Origin: Candidatus Harrisonbacteria bacterium
GTDB taxonomy: Bacteria; Patescibacteriota; Minisyncoccia; UBA6257; 1-14-0-10-44-23
Assembly: GCA_023255625.1 (NCBI GenBank)
Contig: JAHFLF010000001.1
Location: 185,766 to 249,765 of the forward strand
Length of the DNA stretch: 64,000 nucleotides
Reading direction: 5' to 3'
Part shown: in pieces, positions 19,325 through 26,389 of the stretch
Numbering within the stretch: position 1 is the stretch's first letter
How the letters are laid out: every line of letters starts with the position of its first letter
Notes under the pieces: generated by a model
Seen by the model: only the letters and a program-made list of their open reading frames with translations
The model's database searches: none
Told to the model about the DNA's origin: nothing
Program-made: the position numbers and the translations under genes

Positions 19325-20611
19325 CTATTGTTTTATAGATGATAACACGGTTAAGACCCGATCAATCTCTGCATCCGTTGTTAGCCGCCCCAAACTAAAA
19401 CGAATACTATTTTTAGCCCGGGTGCGGTCAAAGCCCATCGCAAGTAAAACATGCGAGGGGTCAATGGACCGGGCGGAACAGGCCGAGCCGGAAGAAACGG
19501 CTATACCTGCCAGGTCGAGCGCTACAAGCAGCTGCTCCCCTGACCGCCGAGGAATAAAAATATTAAGATTATTTGGAAGTCGACCTTGTGCGCCTCCGTT
19601 AAGTACTACACCGGGGAAAATAATTTTATTTCCTTTAAAAAGCTTGTCGCGTAATTTGGCGATTCTTTGAAATTCTTTTGAGCGCAGTGCCGATGCAATT
19701 TCCACGGCCTTAGCAAATCCGACAATCGCCGAGACATTCTCTGTACCGCTGCGAAGGCCGAATTCCTGACCACCGCCAGTCAGGATAGTGAGTAGTGAGT
19801 AGTGAGTAGTGAGTAGCTTTGAGGCAGGGACGCGACGGGCATACAAACATCCAATACCTTTTGGGCCATAAATTTTATGCGCAGAAAGCGTCATCAAATC
19901 AACTCCGAGCGCATCAACATTGCAGTCTAAATACTGAAAGGCCTGAACCGCATCAACATGAAGGAGAGGATAGTTACTTGGTTGCTTAGTTAGTTGGTTG
20001 GTTGGTTGAGAGGCGCGAAAATCGTTAACGATTTTCGCGATTTCTGCGATTGGCTGGACCGTCCCAACTTCATTGTTAGCGTACATAACTGAAACTAGTA
20101 CAGTCCGCTCGTTCAGCGCAGCTTTGAGTTTTTTTAGATCAACAATGCCTTCCCTTGAAACTGGAATAAGCACTACATCCACTCCGTCTTTTTCTAAATC
20201 ACGCGCCGTCTCTAGCACCGACTCATGTTCAATCGCGGAAATAATTAGGCGAGGTATGAATTTTCCATTCTTCATTCTTAATTGGTCATTCATCATTTGC
20301 TTTACGCTCCCGCGTAAAGCAAGATTATTCGCCTCTGTCGCACTCCCCGTAAAAATAATCTCGCTGTAGTGCGCACCGATAGCGCCGGCAATCGTCTGCC
20401 TTGGCTTAAATACCGCCGCACTCGCTGCTTGCCCAAATGAATGCAAAGACCCCGGATTTCCAAAGCTGGTTGCTTGGTTAGTTGGTTGCTTGGTTAGTTG
20501 GTTGGGAAACGATGCGCCAAACCACGGCAGCATGGCTTCAAGCACGCGCGGGTCAAGCGGAGTGGTGGACGCGTAATCAAGATAAATTCTTTTTTGCTTC
20601 ATAAAGCTCAT
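19325..20611 (-). CDS. Cysteine desulfurase (IscS/NifS family, PLP-dependent) carrying three in-frame repeat-derived insertions
   Basis: SAHKIYGPKGIG (PLP Lys), HVDAVQA, GGGQEFGLRSGT, SSGSACS. Extra segments PNQLTKQPTNQATS, SQPTNQLTKQPSNYP and LLTTHYSLLTIL are encoded by GGTTAGTTGG / AGTGAGT micro-repeats. Confidence 0.85.
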   Translation of the reverse strand: MSFMKQKRIYLDYASTTPLDPRVLEAMLPWFGASFPNQLTKQPTNQATSFGNPGSLHSFGQAASAAVFKPRQTIAGAIGAHYSEIIFTGSATEANNLALRGSVKQMMNDQLRMKNGKFIPRLIISAIEHESVLETARDLEKDGVDVVLIPVSREGIVDLKKLKAALNERTVLVSVMYANNEVGTVQPIAEIAKIVNDFRASQPTNQLTKQPSNYPLLHVDAVQAFQYLDCNVDALGVDLMTLSAHKIYGPKGIGCLYARRVPASKLLTTHYSLLTILTGGGQEFGLRSGTENVSAIVGFAKAVEIASALRSKEFQRIAKLRDKLFKGNKIIFPGVVLNGGAQGRLPNNLNIFIPRRSGEQLLVALDLAGIAVSSGSACSARSIDPSHVLLAMGFDRTRAKNSIRFSLGRLTTDAEIDRVLTVLSSIKQ

Positions 20612-20665
20612 AGTACGGCTAAAATCCTATTTGCAAAATACACTAAGTTGCATCATACTGCAACT

Positions 20666-20768
20666 ATTAAGTTTTTAAAGTTCATCAAGCAGAAAGTTAT
20701 CAAGCAAGAAATTTCCGCCCCTTCATTCCCACTTGAAAAACTTGATGAACTTTAAAACTTGATGAACT
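20666..20768. repeat. Repeat family R3, copy 3 (upstream of fur)
   Basis: aagtttttaaagttcatcaagcagaaagttatcaagcaag...cttgaaaaacttgatgaactttaaaacttgatgaactcc. Confidence 0.6.
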
Positions 20769-20772
20769 CCCC

Positions 20773-21198
20773 ATGAACCTAGCCACCACCATCCACATGC
20801 TCCAGGGCCGCGGATTCCGGATGACTACTGTCCGCCGATTTTTGCTGCAAACATTTAAAGATACAAAAGCTCCCCTTTCGGCTAACGACCTCATAGGAAT
20901 TCTCAAAAAAGCTCATCTGGAGTGTAACCGCACAACGGTCTACCGTGAGCTTACTTTTTTAGTTGAGCAGACACTCCTACGCGCGGTTGACTTTGGCGAC
21001 GGCGCAAAACGCTACGAGCTCGCCGGTGGCGAGCATCACCATCACTTTATTTGCAGTAACTGCAAAGCCGTCTCTGATGTCAACTTGAAAAATGATCTTG
21101 AGCAACAGGAGCGAATTTTAGAAAAAATTCTGGGCGCAACGATTGAAAGCCACTCTCTGGAATTTTTCGGGATTTGCAAAAACTGTGGGACGAAATAA
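20773..21198 (+). CDS. fur: Fur-family metal-responsive transcriptional regulator
   Basis: 141 aa. wHTH region RTTVYRELTFLVEQ. Metal-site residues GGEHHHHFICSNCKAV and CKNCG are characteristic of Fur/Zur/PerR. Confidence 0.8.
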   Translation: MNLATTIHMLQGRGFRMTTVRRFLLQTFKDTKAPLSANDLIGILKKAHLECNRTTVYRELTFLVEQTLLRAVDFGDGAKRYELAGGEHHHHFICSNCKAVSDVNLKNDLEQQERILEKILGATIESHSLEFFGICKNCGTK

Positions 21199-21202
21199 AG
21201 CC

Positions 21203-22345
21203 ATGAAGATACTCATTGTTGGCGGCGGGATTGGCGGGCTTGCACTTGCTGCATTTTTAGAAACATACAAGATTGAGTACGACCTCATTGAAAAAGCGCC
21301 GAACTGGCAGCAGCAGGGATTTTCAATTGGCCTGTGGAACAACGGCCGCATTATGCTAAAAAAATTGGGTCTTGCGCAGGAGTTTGACCGCCAGGCGACG
21401 CGTATAAAGCACTACATTATCGCAAACGGCGCAGGAAAATTACTCCGCCAGTATGATCTAGACTCTTTCTACAATCGCTACGGTACCAGCTACTCTCACA
21501 TTGATCGGCAAAGTCTGCACGAATTACTACTAGGTAAGATTGATGCTGCGCGTCTTGGCTTGAGCACAACAATTAAAGAGCTTACGCAAACACCTGATCG
21601 GGTGAGCGTAACTCTAAGCAATGGGAAAACCAAAGTATATGACCTTGTTGTTGGTTGCGATGGAGCAAAATCAGTGCTGCGCAGCTTTATCTCTCCCGGC
21701 ACGAAAACACTCTGCTACGAGGAGTGGCGGGCTTGGTACGGTTGGATAAGCAACACTCTGAAAACAAAGGCGACAGTATCAGAGTATATTGAACCTAGCC
21801 AATTTGCGGCGGTCTTTGATGACGGCGCTAAAACATTGCTGGTACTTATGGCGCCGGCCAGTCACGGAGTATGGGACGATACGGCTGGCCGGATTGCCCG
21901 ACTCAAAACCATTTTCAAAAATGAAGCCGCCATCATCCCGCAGGCATTTGAGAATCTCCACGATGAACAGATTATGCCGTTTGACCTATGCAGCGTAGAA
22001 ACAAAACGCTGGTTTGCCGGGCGCATAGCACTACTTGGCGATGCCGCACACGCCCTACCACCTCATGCTGGCCTCGGTGGAGGAATGGCGATGGAGGATG
22101 CGTATGTGCTTGCCGGAGAGCTGTCGCGGATAGATAAAGATTACTCGCTCCAGGCGGCGCTCGCCCGTTATGAATCTGTGCGCAAACCGCGAGTTGCTCT
22201 TGCCCGTACGCTTACAAACCGCATGCGTGGCTGGGCGATGATAAAATCCCCGCTTCTACGGAAAATTCTTAATAGCTGCATAGCGGTTGTACCGGAACGC
22301 TTTTTTATACAACCGTACCAGAAATTACTAGACCAGGAAATTTAG
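21203..22345 (+). CDS. FAD-dependent monooxygenase (UbiH/salicylate hydroxylase-like)
   Basis: MKILIVGGGIGGLALAAFL (GxGxxG Rossmann), DGAKSVLR, GRIALLGDAAHALPPHAGLGGGMAMEDAYVLA (FAD-binding fingerprint 2). Start at 21203 inside ORF 21143..22345. Confidence 0.8.
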   Translation: MKILIVGGGIGGLALAAFLETYKIEYDLIEKAPNWQQQGFSIGLWNNGRIMLKKLGLAQEFDRQATRIKHYIIANGAGKLLRQYDLDSFYNRYGTSYSHIDRQSLHELLLGKIDAARLGLSTTIKELTQTPDRVSVTLSNGKTKVYDLVVGCDGAKSVLRSFISPGTKTLCYEEWRAWYGWISNTLKTKATVSEYIEPSQFAAVFDDGAKTLLVLMAPASHGVWDDTAGRIARLKTIFKNEAAIIPQAFENLHDEQIMPFDLCSVETKRWFAGRIALLGDAAHALPPHAGLGGGMAMEDAYVLAGELSRIDKDYSLQAALARYESVRKPRVALARTLTNRMRGWAMIKSPLLRKILNSCIAVVPERFFIQPYQKLLDQEI

Positions 22346-22373
22346 AGCTTACCGGCAAACCCGCTCCGGCCGC

Positions 22374-22462
22374 GATCAAGGTTAATTTTTGAAAGGTCGC
22401 GAAGACTCGCCGCATGGAGTAGCTTCAGCTACTTTGAGGACGAGTCGACAATGACCTTTCAA
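22374..22462. terminator. Complex nested hairpin between convergent genes (terminator-like)
   Basis: ggttaatttttgaaaggtc ... gacctttcaaaaattaacc outer stem, with nested gactcg/cgagtc and agtagc/gctact stems. Confidence 0.5.
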
Positions 22463-22615
22463 AAATTAACCAGATCCCAAAGGGTTGCGGTTAGTTTCGC
22501 CGTCTGCGTTGTTGCGAGCAGTATGCCGAAGCTCAAGCTTCTGTCATACCGCTCGCGCCTAGCAGCCAGACGAAACTAGCAAGCAACGCGGCTCGGATGG
22601 GGTTTGCCGGTAAGC

Positions 22616-23197
22616 TCAGGAAAGGTGGGCATACTTGGCTGCTTTTCGTGGCAGCCAGTGTTTGCGATGCAGCACAACAATGAGCACCGCGATAAGCGCG
22701 GCAAATACGGTAATGGCCATAACAGGAATCGTCAGGAAACCGAAAAGGTTAATATACTTCGTGGCGCAGGAAACCAGAGAGATAAGAGTTGTGCACGGAA
22801 TAAGATCCGGCGCACTCCCGTTCTCAAGCAAAATCTGATACCCGCTGACTAAAAATCCGGCAACTGACATTGCGAGTGCTGTATATAAAAGACTCTTGTG
22901 CGGTTTATACAGATACCAGCCAAAAAGAATAATCTCCGGGTACATAAGAGCGCGCTCAATCCAACATAGAAAACAAGCTGGAAACTGCGCAACCTCTGAA
23001 AAAAATAAACTGCCGACGATTGAGCCACCCACAATGGTAAGAGCTACCAGCACGCCGTGCCGGCCCAACCGTTCATGGAGCCACTCGCGTAAATCAGCAC
23101 TGGAAATCGTTGCGATAATAAAAAACACCAGCAGAAGCTGCATGAGAGCGGTCATCGCACCAACAAAATATATAACGCCAATAACAAAAGAACTCAT
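22616..23197 (-). CDS. Disulfide bond formation protein B-like (DsbB/BdbC family) membrane protein
   Basis: Four TM helices. FPACFLCWIERALMYP matches the BdbC/DsbB first-loop CxxC region; a second Cys pair sits in the later loop. Start at internal Met (23197); the ORF extends to 23245. Confidence 0.55.
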   Translation of the reverse strand: MSSFVIGVIYFVGAMTALMQLLLVFFIIATISSADLREWLHERLGRHGVLVALTIVGGSIVGSLFFSEVAQFPACFLCWIERALMYPEIILFGWYLYKPHKSLLYTALAMSVAGFLVSGYQILLENGSAPDLIPCTTLISLVSCATKYINLFGFLTIPVMAITVFAALIAVLIVVLHRKHWLPRKAAKYAHLS

Positions 23198-23255
23198 GCA
23201 GGTATTGTACCGCGAGCCAGTTAATCTGCAAACTCTTGTTTGCATGATCTTTTAC

Positions 23256-23330
23256 GCCGCGCCTGAAATTGCATTTTACAGCCATTCGCTTGCGATGAGC
23301 CCGGCTGTAAAATGCAATTTCGGGCGCGGC
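23256..23330. repeat. Long hairpin, family R4 copy B (28-bp stem, conserved 19-nt loop)
   Basis: cgccgcgcctgaaattgcattttacagcc-attcgcttgcgatgagccc-ggctgtaaaatgcaatttcgggcgcggc. Confidence 0.8.
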
Positions 23331-23372
23331 CTCCCTCTTGCCTCTTGCGAACGAGGCGAGTAATCTTGGGGC

Positions 23373-23903
23373 ATGGCACCGAAAAAAATCACACAATCTA
23401 CTCTTCCCCAACCATTTCTCTTTAAAAACGGCCGCGGCGAACAACTGCACACCGATCAGGTAGTCCGCGAAATTGCCCGCTTTATGCTCCTACAACCACA
23501 GCGAGCATATAAGATCACTATTGGTTCAGACTCTGAACAGCTCGCCGACAAGCGTGCGGACTTTGTGACGGCCATCGTCGTGCACCGCGTTGGTAACGGC
23601 GGTATGTATTTTTGGCGACGTATTGTAGACAGCACAAAATTCCATACGCTGCGCGACAGAATTCTCCAAGAGGTGTTGCTTTCGCTGGAAATTTCGCAAC
23701 TCTTCATTGAAGAGGCAAAAATTGGCGGGCTTCCCCACTTTGATTTTGAAATCCACATTGATATTGGCGAACATGGCGCCACAAAAGTGATGATTCAGGA
23801 GCTCGTCGGCATGATCCGTGCAAATAATTTCACCGCAAAAACCAAACCCGACAGCTACGCCGCCAGTAAGGTGGCGGATAGGCATGGACTGAAGAATGAT
23901 TGA
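23373..23903 (+). CDS. YkuK/DUF458-family RNase H-like fold protein
   Basis: KITIGSDSEQ, ADFVTAIVVHRVGNGGMYFW, and C-terminal KPDSYAASKVADRHG match the YkuK-family pattern as recalled. No database check possible. Confidence 0.5.
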   Translation: MAPKKITQSTLPQPFLFKNGRGEQLHTDQVVREIARFMLLQPQRAYKITIGSDSEQLADKRADFVTAIVVHRVGNGGMYFWRRIVDSTKFHTLRDRILQEVLLSLEISQLFIEEAKIGGLPHFDFEIHIDIGEHGATKVMIQELVGMIRANNFTAKTKPDSYAASKVADRHGLKND

Positions 23904-23911
23904 GTACAGTC

Positions 23912-23998
23912 AAATTTTCAATTTCTAATTTTCAAACAATGATTTAATTTCAGAATTTCTAAATTGGAAATTGTTTAGAAATTGAAAATTGAAAATTA
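23912..23998. repeat. AT-rich palindromic element family R2, copy 2
   Basis: aattttcaatttctaattttcaaacaatgatttaatttcagaatttctaaattggaaattgtttagaaattgaaaattgaaaatt. Over 85 percent identical to copy 1. Confidence 0.7.
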
Positions 23999-24591
23999 AT
24001 GAACCAATGGACACTATTGTCCTCGACATCGAAACCAAAGACATGTACGGTGGGGCATCGGGAAAAATAATTTCCGACCTCTCGCCGTCTTTTGTTGGAA
24101 TTTATTCATATTCTGGAAATAAATATTCTGGCTATTTTGAAAGTGATTTCCCTGACCTAAAAAAACTGTTGAGCGAACCGGCACTCTTAGTCGGCTTTTC
24201 TTCAAATCGGTTTGACCTGCCGATTTTAAGCCGCGTACTGAATCTTGTTTTTGATAAGCATCCGAAAGTAGACCTTTGCGAAGAACTGGAAATACGCACC
24301 GGCCGGCGGGTTGGTCTGAATACGCTCGCCCTCATCAATCTGGGCAAAGGCAAAACCGGCGCCGGGCTGGATGCTCCACAACTTTTCGCCGAAGGAAAAC
24401 TTGAAGAGCTCAAAAGCTACTGTCTGAATGATGTGCAACTCACAAAAGAACTATATGACTTAATTCGTACAAAAAAAGAATTAAAAATCCCAAAGCAAGA
24501 AAGTGTCTTTTCAAATCAGCTCGGACTTTTTGAAAAAGATAAGCTAGAAAAAGTAAAAATAGATTTGGGGCCATTACTAACTTTCATATAA
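23989..24591 (+). CDS. DEDD-family 3'-5' exonuclease (DnaQ/RNase T/RNase D-like)
   Basis: TIVLDIETKD (Exo I DxE), FSSNRFDLPIL (Exo II), YCLNDVQLTKELY (Exo III Y-x3-D). Confidence 0.6.
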   Translation: MKINEPMDTIVLDIETKDMYGGASGKIISDLSPSFVGIYSYSGNKYSGYFESDFPDLKKLLSEPALLVGFSSNRFDLPILSRVLNLVFDKHPKVDLCEELEIRTGRRVGLNTLALINLGKGKTGAGLDAPQLFAEGKLEELKSYCLNDVQLTKELYDLIRTKKELKIPKQESVFSNQLGLFEKDKLEKVKIDLGPLLTFI

Positions 24592-24600
24592 TGAACCCTG

Positions 24601-24674
24601 CGCGGTGGCAATATGTTTTTGCCAGCCATTCGCTTGCGATGGGCCCGGCTGGAAAAAACATATTGCCACCGCGC
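24601..24674. repeat. Long hairpin, family R4 copy C
   Basis: cgcggtggcaatatgtttttgccagcc-attcgcttgcgatgggccc-ggctggaaaaaacatattgccaccgcg. Confidence 0.8.
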
Positions 24675-24726
24675 CCCCATTCGTACTCCTGCCTACCGGC
24701 AGGCAGGTTCGTAAAAAATTCGTAAT

Positions 24727-24804
24727 TCACGAGCCATCAGTTTGCATTTTGAAGCCATCCCGAAGGGTGAGCCCGGCTTCAAAATGCAAACTGATGGCTC
24801 GTGA
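24727..24804. repeat. Long hairpin, family R4 copy D (30-bp perfect stem)
   Basis: tcacgagccatcagtttgcattttgaagcc-atcccgaagggtgagccc-ggcttcaaaatgcaaactgatggctcgtga. Confidence 0.8.
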
Positions 24805-24884
24805 TTAAATCCGGGTATAAAAAAGCGGGGCCTCGACATGCGTCTTGGCCCCCATTCCCGGATTGTGCGCCGGGGCGCTGCGAG

Positions 24885-25058
24885 GAGCTAGTCCTCGCTC
24901 TCCCACCGCAGATGCGCGATTGCACTGCGCGGAGACCAGACGAGCAGGACCAGCCAGCCAAGGAACCCCATGAGCCAGTTATCGCCAGGCGTCATGTTGT
25001 ATCCGCCCGCTTGCTTCGCCGATCCCTCTGTCTCCACTCTCTTCTTGAACCACAACAT
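24885..25058 (-). CDS. Small hydrophobic protein (57 aa, one TM helix) in GC-rich island
   Basis: MLWFKKRVETEGSAKQAGGYNMTPGDNWLMGFLGWLVLLVWSPRSAIAHLRWESED. SD GGAGGAG 5 nt upstream, -35 TTGACA / -10 TACTAT promoter at 25136-25165. Intrinsic terminator at 24815-24850 (ggggcc...ggcccc + T-run). Confidence 0.35.
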
Positions 25059-25270
25059 GGTCTCCTCCACCCACCGCCACAAAACGGGCGGCAGAATTGA
25101 CCGTTCCCTCCCAGCGCACGCCGGGAAGACCAAAAATAGTATGTTCCTTTTTATTCGCTTGTCAAGCATCTAAAAAAATGGTCTTGGCTCTTTACTGCAC
25201 AATCCAAAAAAGTAGTATACTGATTTTGTCATGGGCTTAGACCTTTGTCCGAAGAACGGGAGGTGCGGGA

Positions 25271-25471
25271 ATGTTGAGGATGCAGAATGAATACTGCAGG
25301 AATTGTCTTTCAACCCAGCGGTTCCTGGACCTCGGCGCGAGTCTCGTGTGCGAGCGCTGCACGGCGCGCCTGTACAGAGTCGCGGATCGCCCAGCGCCGC
25401 ATCCAGAAGGCCAGATCGCCGCCGTGAGGGCGGTGCCGGAGAGCTTGCTTCGCGAACGCGAAGCTGGCTGA
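25271..25471 (+). CDS. Small Zn-ribbon-like protein (66 aa, CxxC-x17-CxxC) in GC-rich island
   Basis: MLRMQNEYCRNCLSTQRFLDLGASLVCERCTARLY... SD GGGAGGTG upstream. Terminator gcgagtccggc...gccggactcgc + T-run at 25470-25515. Divergent from the small TM gene. Confidence 0.4.
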   Translation: MLRMQNEYCRNCLSTQRFLDLGASLVCERCTARLYRVADRPAPHPEGQIAAVRAVPESLLREREAG

Positions 25472-25526
25472 CGAGCAGCGAGTCCGGCCTCCCGTGGGAA
25501 GCCGGACTCGCACTATTTTTATCTTT

Positions 25527-26342
25527 TTATACTTTTGCTAAAAGTTTTTTTATAACTTGTTTCGCCTCTTTCGGCCCGGGGACTTGAATGTAATCCACGC
25601 CGGTTTTGACAACGGCGTAATCATTACCGCCCGGCACAATCTGATCACCAATAAAAATCATATCTTTGATTGGGATATGTAAATGTTTTTGAATCTGTAA
25701 AATTCCGTACCCTTTATCAATCCCCTTCCGGACAACATCCACCGTACTGTACCCGCCGGCTTTTGCCTCAAGCTCCGGCAATTTCTTTTGCATCGCCGCG
25801 GCAATTTTTTCCCGCCAACCGGTTTTGCGAAATGCGAGCTTGATAGCGACTCCCCTCTTCGCGCCAAGTTGCTCCACGATATCCTGACCGACCGCCGTAA
25901 AAGCTATCTGCGTGCCGCGATCCTGGATCAATTCGCCATACACTTTTTTCGGATGCTGGTACCCTAACTCCTTAAAAACATCGTTAAATGTTTTAATAAT
26001 TTTCCGGCGAGTTTTAAGCGGCAACATATGCGCATATACACGCCGCCAGCCGCCCTGGCTGGCCGAGCCGGGCCCCTTACGATACTCATACATGCTGGTC
26101 GCGGTTGTTGGGAACAGCCATAGATTACGCATCAATGCAGGCGATAGATGTAAATGTTCTAAAAACTGATCCTGAAACTGCTCGTACCGGCCGCCGCTGA
26201 TCACAGCGATTTTTTTCTGGCCGAGGAGTTGCGTAAAAAGCCGCGCCATCTCTTTATCCGGCGATGCCTTGCTTTCCGTGAGCGTCCCGTCTAAATCAAA
26301 CACAATCAGTTTTTTGTTAAAAGTCAGTTTGTTCTCTGCCAT
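25527..26342 (-). CDS. HAD-superfamily hydrolase (Cof/IIB-like sugar phosphatase)
   Basis: LIVFDLDGTL (motif I DxD), VISGGR, FIGDQIVPGGNDYA (motif IV). Confidence 0.75.
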   Translation of the reverse strand: MAENKLTFNKKLIVFDLDGTLTESKASPDKEMARLFTQLLGQKKIAVISGGRYEQFQDQFLEHLHLSPALMRNLWLFPTTATSMYEYRKGPGSASQGGWRRVYAHMLPLKTRRKIIKTFNDVFKELGYQHPKKVYGELIQDRGTQIAFTAVGQDIVEQLGAKRGVAIKLAFRKTGWREKIAAAMQKKLPELEAKAGGYSTVDVVRKGIDKGYGILQIQKHLHIPIKDMIFIGDQIVPGGNDYAVVKTGVDYIQVPGPKEAKQVIKKLLAKV

Positions 26343-26389
26343 AGTGAAATGATATACTAAATCACACTAGTTAAACAACTACGCCCAGT

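Noticed and set aside
19266-19670. Plus-strand 134-aa ORF across the R4 hairpin and the cysteine desulfurase 3' end
   Set aside because: Antisense to a strongly supported conserved enzyme gene and starts inside a hairpin.
20640-20772. R3 repeat upstream of fur as Fur boxes
   Set aside because: The same repeat occurs between ribosomal protein cistrons, and the sequence does not resemble the GATAATGATAATCATTATC consensus. Treated as a generic repeat.
24801-25169. ORFs 24801..25100 (+) and the full 24888..25169 (-) 93-aa frame in the GC-rich islet
   Set aside because: High GC inflates random ORF length. Only the shorter minus-strand frame starting at the SD-preceded ATG (25058) is bracketed by promoter and terminator; the plus-strand ORF is antisense to it.
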